Of a stretch of 64,000 bases of DNA, positions 48,519-58,696 are shown piece by piece. Where the stretch lies: assembly GCA_001805965.1 (NCBI GenBank), contig MHHG01000028.1, forward strand, positions 9,193-73,192. Direction: 5' to 3'. The stretch comes from Omnitrophica WOR_2 bacterium RIFOXYA2_FULL_38_17. GTDB lineage: Bacteria > Omnitrophota > Gorgyraeia > Zapsychrales > Zapsychraceae. Within the stretch, counting starts at the first letter, position 1. Every line of letters starts with the position of its first letter. Position numbers and translations under genes: made by a program. A model generated the notes under the pieces. That model was not told the DNA's origin, did not search any database, and saw nothing but the letters and a program-made list of their open reading frames with translations.

Positions 48519-49712
48519 TTGGGTTACGAAAATTGGATTAGTTATCGGTATCTAGTTGCAAGCAAGGGACGCTTTTTAACCTTTCTGAATGTCATTTCTA
48601 TAGCTGGTGTTGCTATTGGTGTCATGGCATTGATAATTGTTATCGGTGTTATGACCGGGTTTGGTAATAATTTGAGAGAGAAGATAATAGGCACCACTCC
48701 TCACATCATGATCGAGAAGGAAACGGCCATTGAGGATTTTTCTGCGCTCCAGAAGAAGATAAGCGCTGTTGCCGAAGTGGAGAATTCATCACCATACATT
48801 CAGGGCAATATATTCCTTGAGAGCTCAGGGCAGGCAATTGGATTGGTTGTTCGCGGAATCGATGCTATCAAAGAGGACAAAGTAACAAAGATCAGCCAGT
48901 ATCTGATAAAAGGACACCTAAAAGAACTTCAAGGCGATAATGTAGTAATTGGCAGCGAGTTAGCAAGGTATTTTGGTTATTCTCCCGGGGACGAGATCAC
49001 TCTTATATCTCCAAGTTCCGGCTTGTCTGGCCAGGGCTGGAGATATAAATTCACGGTTTCAGGGATTTTTACGACAGGTATGGCTGATTATGATATGAAT
49101 GTCATTGTAATTGACCTAATTAAAGCCCAAGAAATATTTGGATTACCTGAAGGATTTTCAACCGGAATAGGGGTTAAACTGCAGAACCCTAATCAGTCAG
49201 AAGAGGTTAAAGAAAAAATTTATAATTTGATCGGATACGGTTATATCGTAAAAACCTGGATCGATAGCAATAGAAATCTTTTTGATGCCTTGTTCCTCGA
49301 GAAATGGGGCTTGTTCATAATATTGACTTTAATGGTGATCGTTGCCTCTTTCAATATCATAAGCACTTTAGTGGTTACTGTTACAAGTAAGGTGCATGAT
49401 ATCGGAATCCTAAAATCTATAGGGGTAACAAAAAAATCGATCCGGAGGATTTTTATCAAGCAGGGTATTTTTATCGGGTGCCTTGGCACTTTTTGGGGCG
49501 TGTTGTTAGGTGTTTCAATTAGTTTTATTTTAAAGAACTATGTGAAGGTGCCTAAAGAGATTTACTCTATAGACCATGTTCCAGTTGAGTTACAGGTGTT
49601 TGATATGTTTGTTATTGTCGCTGCTGCTTTGATAATCAGCTATTTAGCCACAATATATCCTGCTGCAAAGGCAGCTAATCTAGAACCGGTAGAAGCGCTG
49701 AGATATGAGTAA
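48519..49712 (+). CDS. lipoprotein-releasing system permease LolC/LolE-like (FtsX family)
   Basis: N-terminal TM helix, large periplasmic domain, and C-terminal three TM helices with an FtsX signature. Confidence 0.75.
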   Translation: MGYENWISYRYLVASKGRFLTFLNVISIAGVAIGVMALIIVIGVMTGFGNNLREKIIGTTPHIMIEKETAIEDFSALQKKISAVAEVENSSPYIQGNIFLESSGQAIGLVVRGIDAIKEDKVTKISQYLIKGHLKELQGDNVVIGSELARYFGYSPGDEITLISPSSGLSGQGWRYKFTVSGIFTTGMADYDMNVIVIDLIKAQEIFGLPEGFSTGIGVKLQNPNQSEEVKEKIYNLIGYGYIVKTWIDSNRNLFDALFLEKWGLFIILTLMVIVASFNIISTLVVTVTSKVHDIGILKSIGVTKKSIRRIFIKQGIFIGCLGTFWGVLLGVSISFILKNYVKVPKEIYSIDHVPVELQVFDMFVIVAAALIISYLATIYPAAKAANLEPVEALRYE

Positions 49713-49715
49713 TTA

Positions 49716-50387
49716 ATGTTATTAAAAGCTACAGATATTAGAAAAACTTATAACCTTGCAGCAAGCTCTTTTGATGTATTAAAAGGGATTGACCTTCAGA
49801 TAGATAATGGGGAGTTTGTCTCGATCGTCGGTCCTTCAGGCGCAGGCAAGTCAACATTGCTTCATATTTTAGGGTGCCTGGATAAGCCTAGCGCCGGCGT
49901 TGTTATTGTTGATAATGAAGATATATATAAACTAACTGATATTCAAAGAGCAAAAATAAGGAACAACAAAATTGGTTTTGTTTTTCAGTTTTATCATCTT
50001 TTAGGAGAATTTACTGCTTTAGAGAATGTTATGCTGCCTTTGATCGTAAAAGAGAATAGGCAGGTGAACAATAAGTTAAAAGAAAAAGGCCGGGAACTTT
50101 TAGCTTTGGTGGGTTTGGAAAAGAGGATTGAGCATAAACCAAACCAATTGTCTGGCGGCGAACAGCAAAGGGTTGCTATAGCAAGGGCACTGATCAACGG
50201 CCCTCAATTGATCCTTTGTGACGAGCCTACTGGTAATTTAGATTCAGAAAGTGGAAAAAATGTCATTGACCTGCTGTTCCAATTGAATCAGAAAAATAAT
50301 CAGGCTGTAGTTGTTGTCACGCATGATGATGATATTGCTAAAATATCACCGAAAGTGATTTATATGCGTGATGGAAAACTAATTTAG
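49716..50387 (+). CDS. lolD: lipoprotein-releasing system ATP-binding protein
   Basis: Walker A GPSGAGKST, signature LSGGEQQR, Walker B LILCDEPT. Adjacent to the LolC-like permease. Confidence 0.8.
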   Translation: MLLKATDIRKTYNLAASSFDVLKGIDLQIDNGEFVSIVGPSGAGKSTLLHILGCLDKPSAGVVIVDNEDIYKLTDIQRAKIRNNKIGFVFQFYHLLGEFTALENVMLPLIVKENRQVNNKLKEKGRELLALVGLEKRIEHKPNQLSGGEQQRVAIARALINGPQLILCDEPTGNLDSESGKNVIDLLFQLNQKNNQAVVVVTHDDDIAKISPKVIYMRDGKLI

Positions 50388-50415
50388 TTAGAAAAATAAA
50401 AAAGGTGAGGATTTT

Positions 50416-51279
50416 ATGAAAGTTTATGTAAATGGAAAATTTGTTGAAAAGCAAGATGCGAAAATTTCTGTTTTTGACCACGGCCTTCTTTATGGTGATG
50501 GGGCTTTTGAAGGAATAAGGGCTTATAATAGCGTTGTTTTTAAGCTGAAAGAACATGTTGATAGGCTGTATGAAACAATTCATACGCTTATGATAGAAGC
50601 TCCACTTACAAAAAAGCAAATGATGGAAGTCATTGTTGATACTTTGAAAAAGAATAAACTGAAAGATGCATACATCAGGGTCCTTATAACACGAGGAGAA
50701 GGTGACCTTGGCCTGGACCCAAAAAAGTGCAAAGGTTCCGCGGGAATTATCATCATTACTGACAAGATAACGCTTTATCCGAAAGAACTTTATGAAAATG
50801 GAATGGAGATAATCACTGTTCCTACTATAAGGAATAATCCTGAAGCTCTCAATCCTCAGCTGAAATCCTTGAATTATTTGAACAATATTTTAGCAAAGAT
50901 AGAAGCCAGTAATTCAGGTTATAGCGAGGCTATCATGTTAGATCACCAAGGTTATGTTGCTGAATGTACGGGAGACAACATTTTTATTTACAAAAATGGG
51001 GTCCTTTCAACTCCGAGCCAGGGAGGATTGAAAGGGATAACCAGAGATGTTGTTCTTAAGTATGCCCAAAAGACCAAGATAAAAACAAATGAATGCCAGA
51101 TCACAAGGCATGAAGTTTATACATCAGAGGAGTGCTTTCTGACGGGTACTGCTGCCGAGATAATCCCTGTGGTAAAGGTTGATGGCAGGCTTATTGGCAA
51201 CGGCAAGCCGGGGGCAATCACTAAGAAGATGCTTAAAATGTTTAAAGTAGCAACAAAACAAGATGGTGTAAAATATTAG
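50416..51279 (+). CDS. ilvE: branched-chain amino acid aminotransferase (class IV)
   Basis: Fold type IV motifs EGIRAY and the conserved Lys in LKSLNYLNN. Confidence 0.75.
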   Translation: MKVYVNGKFVEKQDAKISVFDHGLLYGDGAFEGIRAYNSVVFKLKEHVDRLYETIHTLMIEAPLTKKQMMEVIVDTLKKNKLKDAYIRVLITRGEGDLGLDPKKCKGSAGIIIITDKITLYPKELYENGMEIITVPTIRNNPEALNPQLKSLNYLNNILAKIEASNSGYSEAIMLDHQGYVAECTGDNIFIYKNGVLSTPSQGGLKGITRDVVLKYAQKTKIKTNECQITRHEVYTSEECFLTGTAAEIIPVVKVDGRLIGNGKPGAITKKMLKMFKVATKQDGVKY

Positions 51280-51312
51280 TAAAAAGCTGTAGAAAGAGAA
51301 TGAGGAGTCGTT

Positions 51313-51828
51313 ATGCTTTGTGATATTTGTAGTAAGAAAAAAGCTACTGTGCATTTAACGGAGATCATTGATGAGCAAATGTCGGAGATGCATCTGTGTG
51401 AAGTTTGTGCAAAGGAAAAGAGCGTCCAGATGGAGCAACAGTTTGGATTGGCTGACCTGCTAGCAGGTTTGTCTGATTTCGGAAAACAAGTAAAGGATGT
51501 CGATAAGGCTGACCTAAAATGTTCTAACTGTGGATTAACTTACGATGATTTTAGGAAATTGGGAAGATTAGGCTGCAGCCAGTGCTATGATTCCTTTAAA
51601 GTGCATTTGGCTACTTTGCTTAAGAAGATCCATGGATCAAATCGTCATTGCGGGAAAAGCCCAGTAGATTTTACTGAGGTTAAAGGGGATGTAAAAAATG
51701 ATGATCTCCAGGGACTAAAGCAGCAGTTACTGGAAGCTATTGGAGTGGAAGATTTTGAATTAGCAGCAAAGCTGAGAGATAAGATCCATGAAATCGAAAA
51801 GAAAGACGGTAAAGAAAATGGAATTTAA
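51313..51828 (+). CDS. mcsA: protein-arginine kinase activator McsA (zinc fingers plus UVR domain)
   Basis: CDIC...CEVC and CSNC...CSQC zinc-finger pairs, and a C-terminal UvrB/C-like motif. Confidence 0.7.
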   Translation: MLCDICSKKKATVHLTEIIDEQMSEMHLCEVCAKEKSVQMEQQFGLADLLAGLSDFGKQVKDVDKADLKCSNCGLTYDDFRKLGRLGCSQCYDSFKVHLATLLKKIHGSNRHCGKSPVDFTEVKGDVKNDDLQGLKQQLLEAIGVEDFELAAKLRDKIHEIEKKDGKENGI

Positions 51829-52873
51829 TGACTTTATGAACAATAAGGGCGAATGGTTGAAAGGCACAGGGTCTCATTCAAACATTGTTATGTCTTCTCG
51901 AATACGGTTGGCACGAAACTTAATGCTTAAGCCGTTCCCTAATAAAGCAAGAAAGAAAGAGTTAACTGATATATTGACGGAAATTCACGGGGCGATGGAT
52001 AGTATTGAACTTTTTAAGGGCTCTACATTTTTGAAAATTGGCGAACTGGACAATATCGAGAAACAATTCCTTATTGAGCGGCATTTGATGAGCCATGACC
52101 ATGCAGTGAACACAGAAGGTAAAGCTTTGGTTTTCTCAAAGGAGGAAGGGCTTGCTGTTATGATCAATGAGGAGGATCATCTGAGGATACAAGTCATGCA
52201 GTCTGGGCTGAATTTGAACGATACTTGGGAAGTGGCAAATTCGATTGATGATGAACTATCATCTAAACTGGACTTTGCCTATTCATCTAAATGGGGTTAT
52301 TTGACCGCTTGTCCTACAAATACCGGAACAGCTATGCGTGGCTCGGTAATGTTACATCTTCCTGCCTTGGTTATGACAAAACAGGTCAATAAGGTCTTGG
52401 CGGCGGTATCAAAATTGAATTTTGCTTCGCGCGGATTTTATGGCGAGGGGACTCAGGCTAGCGGTAATTTCTATCAGATATCCAATCAGGTATCTTTAGG
52501 TCACAGCGAGCAGGAAATAATACAGAATATTAATGGCCTTATACGCCAGGTTATTGATCAGGAGGAACAAGCCCGGCAGGCTTTGCTAGTTCAGAACAGG
52601 CCTATGCTTGAAGACAAGATATTCCGTTCTTTTGGAGTATTGAAAAATGCACATATAATTTCGAGCCAGGAAACGGTTGAAATGCTATCTATGGTCAGGC
52701 TGGGGATTGATCTTGAGATAATAAAGGACCTTGATAGAGGGATAATTAATGAATTATTCATAATGATACAGCCTGCACATTTGCAAAAGATAGAAGGAAA
52801 AAAATTGTTAGTTGCAGACAGGGATATAAAAAGAGCGAAACTTATTAGGGAAAAATTGGGAGGGGAAAAATAA
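51788..52873 (+). CDS. mcsB: protein arginine kinase McsB (ATP:guanido phosphotransferase)
   Basis: Phosphagen-kinase catalytic region [10 protein letters not shown]. Confidence 0.85.
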   Translation: MKSKRKTVKKMEFNDFMNNKGEWLKGTGSHSNIVMSSRIRLARNLMLKPFPNKARKKELTDILTEIHGAMDSIELFKGSTFLKIGELDNIEKQFLIERHLMSHDHAVNTEGKALVFSKEEGLAVMINEEDHLRIQVMQSGLNLNDTWEVANSIDDELSSKLDFAYSSKWGYLTACPTNTGTAMRGSVMLHLPALVMTKQVNKVLAAVSKLNFASRGFYGEGTQASGNFYQISNQVSLGHSEQEIIQNINGLIRQVIDQEEQARQALLVQNRPMLEDKIFRSFGVLKNAHIISSQETVEMLSMVRLGIDLEIIKDLDRGIINELFIMIQPAHLQKIEGKKLLVADRDIKRAKLIREKLGGEK

Positions 52874-55293
52874 TGTTTAATAGATTTACGGAAAGAGCGA
52901 GAAAAGTAATTGTTTACGCAAAAGAAGAGGCAAGAAGGTTTAATCATGATTATATCGGGACAGAGCATCTTTTGCTTGGTCTGGTTCGTGAAGGCGAGGG
53001 TGTCGCTGCAGCCGTGTTACAGAAAGTGAATCTTGACCTCGAGACTATCAGGATTGAAGTTGAAAAATTAGTTCAGCCAGGACCTCAAACTCAGGTGATG
53101 GGGGATATACCTTTTACTCCAAGGTCAAAGAAAGCCCTTGAGTTATCGGCAGAAGAGGCAAGGGCTCTTGGCCATAACTATATTGGAACAGAGCATCTTC
53201 TTTTGGGTTTGGTAAAAGAAGGGGAAGGAATGGCATACAGGGTATTGCTTAATTTAGGATTGGACCTCGCTAAGTTGCGAACGGAAGTTATGGAATTATT
53301 AGGATCGGGTATTCCCGGATTCAATACTCAAGAGCAGGAAAAAACAAATAAGACCCCTGCGATCGATGCTTATGGACGCAACTTAAATAAGTTGGCTAGA
53401 GATGGAAAATTAGACCCTGTAATCGGACGAGAAGAAGAAATAGAAAGAATAGTCCAGATCCTAAGCCGCAGGACAAAGAATAATCCTGTTTTGTTGGGTG
53501 AGGCTGGTGTCGGAAAAACTGCCATTGTTGAAGGATTAGCCCAGTTGGTTGTAAAAGGCGATGTGCCGGAGATCCTCAGGGATAAGACTATAGTTGTTCT
53601 AGATTTGGCTCTTATGATAGCCGGAACTAAATATAGAGGCCAATTCGAGGAAAGGATCAAAGCTATCATGGACGAGATCAGGCGTTCGGGCAATTTGATA
53701 CTTTTTATTGATGAGCTTCATACATTGGTTGGAGCGGGTGCAGCCGAAGGCGCTATTGATGCTGCAAATATCTTAAAGCCCGCTTTAGCACGTGGGGAGA
53801 TCCAGTGTATCGGGGCGACTACTTTAGATGAATACCGTAAGCATATTGAGAAGGATGCAGCATTAGAAAGAAGATTTCAGACGATCATGGTAGATCCTCC
53901 TTCCGTTGATGAAGCTATCCAGATACTTAAAGGCTTAAGAGATAGATATGAGGCGCATCATAGGGTGCAGTTCTCGGATGAATCTTTAGACGCTGCAGTC
54001 AAGCTTTCTGAAAGATATATCTCAGGGAGAGCCCTGCCAGATAAAGCTGTTGATATTTTAGATGAAGCCGGTTCAAGGGCTCGTCTAAAGGCGATGGTTG
54101 TCCCGCCAGACCTTAAAGACCTGGAGATTGAGATTGAAAAATTGAAAGAACAAAAAGAAGAATATATAAAGAGTCAGGACTTTGAAAAAGCCGCAAACAT
54201 GAGGGATCAAGAGCGTGAAACAAGAAATAAGCTTGAGCAGATCAGAAAAGAATGGACTGAAGAAAGGGATAAAATAACTATAATTATCGGATACGAAGAT
54301 ATTGCTAAGGTTGTTTCACAGTGGACTAAAGTTCCCCTCGTAAGATTAGAACAGAAGGAAAGCCAGAAGCTGTTAAATATGGAAGACCAGATAAACAAGG
54401 TTGTAGTCGGGCAAAAAGAACCGATCAGCGCTATTGCACGTGCAGTAAGGCGCTCGAGAGCAGGAATTAAGGACCCTAAGAGGCCGATAGGGTCTTTTGT
54501 GTTCTTAGGGCCTACCGGTGTAGGAAAAACACTTTTGGCTCAAGCCTTGGCCGAGTTTATGTTCGGCGGAAAAGATGCTTTATTGCAGATAGATATGTCT
54601 GAATATATGGACAAGTTCAATGTCTCTCGTTTAATTGGTGCGCCTCCAGGTTATGTTGGTTATGAAGAAGGCGGACAGTTGACAGAAAAAGTGAGAAGAA
54701 AGCCATATTCTGTTGTGCTTCTAGACGAGATCGAAAAAGCTCACCCGGATGTTTTTAACCTGCTTTTACAGGTGTTTGAAGAAGGAAGGCTGACAGATAG
54801 TCTGGGAAGAAAAGTTGATTTTAGGAACACGATCATTCTTATGACCTCTAATGTCGGCGCGGATATGTTGCGCAAACAAGGCTCTCTTGGTTTTGCTTTA
54901 AAGGAACGGGAGGTTTCATATGAAAATATGAAAACACGCCTTCTGGAAGAAGTAAAAAACACATTTAAGCCTGAGTTTTTAAACAGGGTTGACGAAATTA
55001 TCGTATTTCAATCCCTTACAAAAGAGAACCTTCATGAAATTGTCAAAATAGAAATTGCATACGTTCTAAATAGATTGAAGGATAAAGGGATTACCCTGGA
55101 TATAAATGAGGAAGCTGTTGGATTACTAATTGAGAAGGGTTTTGATCCCGTATATGGTGCAAGGCCTTTAAAGAGAACGATACAACGCTTGTTGGAGGAC
55201 CCGCTTTCAGAAGATATTATTTCTGGCAAGTTCTTAGAAGGAAGCAAAATTCATGCTGTAAGGAGTAATGATATTATTATTTTTGAACAATAG
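52873..55293 (+). CDS. clpC: ATP-dependent Clp protease ATP-binding subunit ClpC
   Basis: Double Clp_N repeat, two AAA+ modules ([16 protein letters not shown]), UVR linker. Start overlaps the mcsB stop. Confidence 0.9.
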   Translation: MFNRFTERARKVIVYAKEEARRFNHDYIGTEHLLLGLVREGEGVAAAVLQKVNLDLETIRIEVEKLVQPGPQTQVMGDIPFTPRSKKALELSAEEARALGHNYIGTEHLLLGLVKEGEGMAYRVLLNLGLDLAKLRTEVMELLGSGIPGFNTQEQEKTNKTPAIDAYGRNLNKLARDGKLDPVIGREEEIERIVQILSRRTKNNPVLLGEAGVGKTAIVEGLAQLVVKGDVPEILRDKTIVVLDLALMIAGTKYRGQFEERIKAIMDEIRRSGNLILFIDELHTLVGAGAAEGAIDAANILKPALARGEIQCIGATTLDEYRKHIEKDAALERRFQTIMVDPPSVDEAIQILKGLRDRYEAHHRVQFSDESLDAAVKLSERYISGRALPDKAVDILDEAGSRARLKAMVVPPDLKDLEIEIEKLKEQKEEYIKSQDFEKAANMRDQERETRNKLEQIRKEWTEERDKITIIIGYEDIAKVVSQWTKVPLVRLEQKESQKLLNMEDQINKVVVGQKEPISAIARAVRRSRAGIKDPKRPIGSFVFLGPTGVGKTLLAQALAEFMFGGKDALLQIDMSEYMDKFNVSRLIGAPPGYVGYEEGGQLTEKVRRKPYSVVLLDEIEKAHPDVFNLLLQVFEEGRLTDSLGRKVDFRNTIILMTSNVGADMLRKQGSLGFALKEREVSYENMKTRLLEEVKNTFKPEFLNRVDEIIVFQSLTKENLHEIVKIEIAYVLNRLKDKGITLDINEEAVGLLIEKGFDPVYGARPLKRTIQRLLEDPLSEDIISGKFLEGSKIHAVRSNDIIIFEQ

Positions 55294-55295
55294 TA

Positions 55296-56276
55296 ATGAA
55301 CTTCAAAATAACATTATTTGTGCTGGGCCTTTGTTTCCTTTTTCCAGTCGATTCATTTTCAAAAGATGTTTTTTCTTTTGATGGTAGAGTTGATCTTGAG
55401 AAAGAGCAGATAGAATTGAAGCTTGACTTCTTGGACAGAGGGATGCTCTTTGTTAAGAGCGCAAGGCAGGAGGATAGCAATTTATCTGTGTTATTGGATA
55501 TTGAGCATTTCAAAGCTTTTAAGTTTGATATATCAAGTGAGATCAAAGGCTTAATTGAATATTCGGGCAAGGAAAAGGATACGCCAGATGCTCTTTTGGG
55601 GAGATTTTGGAGTGATTATACGCTGCTTAACTATCAGCCTATAAGAGAGCTTACTGGCCATTTTGAAGTTAAGGACCAAAAATTGTATTTAAGGTCTTTC
55701 TCTGTCGGCAATGTTTCTTTCAATGGCGCGGTTGCTTTAGTTAGTCCTTATAATGTAGACTTAGCGTTCAATCTATCCATGATAGAGATGAATGATTTTA
55801 TAGATTTCTGGATGACAGATAGGCCTTATGATTCTGGTGGGCTTGTATCGGGAACGATCGGGGTTGCTGGAAATCTTAATAAAATATATTTAAAAGGCAG
55901 GCTAGAAAGCCACGAAGGGTTCATAAAGAAAATAAGGTTTAACAGCCTTTATCTGAATGTTAACGGTTTTTATCCTAACCTGGAAGTTTTTGATTCATCA
56001 ATAGCGGAGAAAGAAGGATTGAGCTTTAAATTCAGTGGACCGATAGACCTGAGCGATAAAGAAAATTTTAAGAAGCAGATAAAAGAGCTTACTTTTATGC
56101 TCGATGTAAAGGGCTCTGATTCTAACGCAGAATGGACGATAAAAAAATATAATAATGAAAAGGGGGGCTCTGACACAACAGAGCTAAAGTATTTTCTTCA
56201 GAACAATCCCATTTCTGGTTTGTTGTCAAATGAAGGGTCGGGAGTGCTGGGCGTAGAAAGGCGCATTAGTTTTTAA
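55296..56276 (+). CDS. secreted or membrane-anchored hypothetical protein
   Basis: N-terminal hydrophobic signal, no recognisable motif. Tightly packed between clpC and mlaE. Confidence 0.5.
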   Translation: MNFKITLFVLGLCFLFPVDSFSKDVFSFDGRVDLEKEQIELKLDFLDRGMLFVKSARQEDSNLSVLLDIEHFKAFKFDISSEIKGLIEYSGKEKDTPDALLGRFWSDYTLLNYQPIRELTGHFEVKDQKLYLRSFSVGNVSFNGAVALVSPYNVDLAFNLSMIEMNDFIDFWMTDRPYDSGGLVSGTIGVAGNLNKIYLKGRLESHEGFIKKIRFNSLYLNVNGFYPNLEVFDSSIAEKEGLSFKFSGPIDLSDKENFKKQIKELTFMLDVKGSDSNAEWTIKKYNNEKGGSDTTELKYFLQNNPISGLLSNEGSGVLGVERRISF

Positions 56277-56310
56277 CAATATACAGTTAAAGAGCTAGAT
56301 CACTAATATT

Positions 56311-57066
56311 ATGGCCTATCGTTTCATAAGTTATATCGGGGAGTTGTCTCTTCTTGGAGGAAGGACATTTTATTGGGCTCTGGTCCCACCTTTTAAAATA
56401 GGCAGGATATTGGCTCAATCGAAACGTGTCGGGCCCGGAAGTTTTTTTATTGCCTCGCTCGTTGCTTTTTTTATCGGAATGATCATGTCTTTGCAGATGG
56501 CATATCAAATGGTTGAGCTTTCTGCAGAAATTTATATCCCAAGCATAGTTGCAATATCCATAACAAGGGAGCTAGCTCCGGTATTGACCGCTTTAATTGT
56601 TGCAGGCAGGGTCGGCGCTGGAATGACAGCAGAGCTGGGAACTATGACAGTAACAGAGCAAGTTGATGCCCTAAAAGCCTTTGCTGTAAATCCTGTTAAA
56701 TATTTAGTTGTGCCTAGGTTCTTAGCATTAGTGATAATGTTACCAGTGTTGACTATTTTTTCTGATGTTATCGGAATCTTAGGAGGGTTTGTTATATGTG
56801 TCTATAAGTTGTTCATAAGCCCTTCATTATATTGGTCGATGGTTATACAGGCATTGACAGCTAAGGATATTTTGACTGGTTTATGCAAAACGATCGTTTT
56901 TGGTGCGATTATTGCTTTAGTAGGATGCCATCAGGGACTGAATGTTGATAGCGGGGCTGAAGGCGTTGGTAAGGCTACAACGCAATCTGTTGTTGTTTCT
57001 TTTATCTTGATCATTATGGCTGATTGTTTATTTACGACCATGTTTTATTTTATTTGGAATATGTAG
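56311..57066 (+). CDS. mlaE: phospholipid ABC transporter permease MlaE
   Basis: MlaE/YrbE-type 5-TM permease pattern. Confidence 0.8.
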   Translation: MAYRFISYIGELSLLGGRTFYWALVPPFKIGRILAQSKRVGPGSFFIASLVAFFIGMIMSLQMAYQMVELSAEIYIPSIVAISITRELAPVLTALIVAGRVGAGMTAELGTMTVTEQVDALKAFAVNPVKYLVVPRFLALVIMLPVLTIFSDVIGILGGFVICVYKLFISPSLYWSMVIQALTAKDILTGLCKTIVFGAIIALVGCHQGLNVDSGAEGVGKATTQSVVVSFILIIMADCLFTTMFYFIWNM

Positions 57067-57157
57067 GGAGCATTATTATACACATTTGTGGATACTTTGT
57101 AACATAATGGAAAATAGTTGGGTAAACTGAATTTAAAAATCAAAGAATGCATCTTAA

Positions 57158-57931
57158 ATGATTGAAATTGTAAATTTAAATAAATCTTTTGGCGAAAATG
57201 TTGTCCTTAAAAATGTTAATTTGACAATTGAAACAGGCCAGACCAAGGTTATTATCGGGAGGTCCGGTGTTGGAAAGAGCGTTCTTTTAAAAAGTATTAT
57301 GGGGATACTAATCCCCGATTCAGGCTCTATAAAGATAGATGGCGTTGAGGTCACGGATCTGCCTGAAAAGGAATATAACAAGATCCGGATGAAAATCGGT
57401 ATGGTATTTCAGGGCGGGGCGCTTTTTGATTCTATGAATGTTGCAGAGAATGTTGCTTTTGTCCTAAATGAATTTATGAGATTAGACAAAAGAACGGTTG
57501 ATAAAAAGATCGAAGAAAGTTTGGCCTTGGTAGGATTGCAAGGTGTTGAGGATATGATGCCGTCTGAGTTAAGCGGCGGGATGAAAAAAAGAGTCAGCCT
57601 GGCGCGTGTCTTATGTATGGACCCCGAGGTTATTTTTTATGATGAACCGACAACAGGTGTTGATCCGGTAACAGCTGATGCTATCAATACTTTAATAGTT
57701 GAGCTTAGAAATAAGCTTGATGTGACCTCAATTGTCGTTACTCATGATATGAATTCAGCATATAAAGTCGCTGATAAAATAGCAATGATATATTCAGGAC
57801 AAGTGATAGCCGAGGGAACGCCTCAGGAGATACAGCAGGCAACGCATCCCGTAGTAAGGCAGTTTATTAACGGGGATGCAAAAGGGCCTATTACTGATGG
57901 TGAACATCTTGTGTTTGGCCATCTCACATAA
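57158..57931 (+). CDS. mlaF: phospholipid ABC transporter ATP-binding protein MlaF
   Basis: Walker A GRSGVGKS, signature LSGGMKKR, Walker B IFYDEPT. Confidence 0.8.
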   Translation: MIEIVNLNKSFGENVVLKNVNLTIETGQTKVIIGRSGVGKSVLLKSIMGILIPDSGSIKIDGVEVTDLPEKEYNKIRMKIGMVFQGGALFDSMNVAENVAFVLNEFMRLDKRTVDKKIEESLALVGLQGVEDMMPSELSGGMKKRVSLARVLCMDPEVIFYDEPTTGVDPVTADAINTLIVELRNKLDVTSIVVTHDMNSAYKVADKIAMIYSGQVIAEGTPQEIQQATHPVVRQFINGDAKGPITDGEHLVFGHLT

Positions 57932-57950
57932 CAATTAGAACATTTTAACT

Positions 57951-58688
57951 TTGGGGGAAACCATTATGCCTAGGGAGTCAAATCTTGCTTTTAAAGTTGG
58001 ATTGTTTGTTCTTATAGCATGTATTGGATTGACGGTATTTGTTTTTTCAGTCTCCGATACTACGGTTTTTGAAGGAGGACAGCAAATAAAGGTTGTTTTT
58101 GAATTCGCGAATGGCTTGAAAAAGAATGCACCTGTGAGGATAGCAGGTGTTGATGAAGGCATTGTTAAAGAAATAAATCTCTTCTTCGACAAGGCAGATG
58201 GAAAGACAAAAGTTGATATTTCATTATGGGTCAGAAAGGGAGTAATGATACCGGGGGACTCAACAATTCTGATTAACCAATTAGGCTTAATGGGTGAAAA
58301 ATATATTGAGATCCTGCCTGGAAAAGACAGGGTTAATTTTCTGCAAGAAGGGCACAAGATCAAAGGGAAAGATCCTATTTCCCAGGAAGCGATGTCTGAA
58401 AGAGTTATGCAGGTTGCAGACAAGCTTGAGCATACTGCCGACGGCGTTAACAAATTAATTCATAATGGAACGAACCTGGAATCTGTTGAGCAGGCATTAA
58501 AGAGCATATCCTCGATCTCTATAAGTTTGGATGAGATCATTACTGATGTAAAGGGCGGGGGTGGGACTGTTGGACGGTTGCTGTATGATGAGGGCCTTTA
58601 TGAGAATCTGGAGAGCTTGAGCGCTGATCTAAAAGCTAATCCATGGAAGCTTCTGCATAGGCCTAAGGCAAGAGATAAAAAAGAGTAA
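57951..58688 (+). CDS. mlaD: MCE-domain substrate-binding protein MlaD
   Basis: N-terminal TM anchor, MCE domain, and a C-terminal helical extension. Confidence 0.75.
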   Translation: MGETIMPRESNLAFKVGLFVLIACIGLTVFVFSVSDTTVFEGGQQIKVVFEFANGLKKNAPVRIAGVDEGIVKEINLFFDKADGKTKVDISLWVRKGVMIPGDSTILINQLGLMGEKYIEILPGKDRVNFLQEGHKIKGKDPISQEAMSERVMQVADKLEHTADGVNKLIHNGTNLESVEQALKSISSISISLDEIITDVKGGGGTVGRLLYDEGLYENLESLSADLKANPWKLLHRPKARDKKE

Positions 58689-58696
58689 ATACCAAA

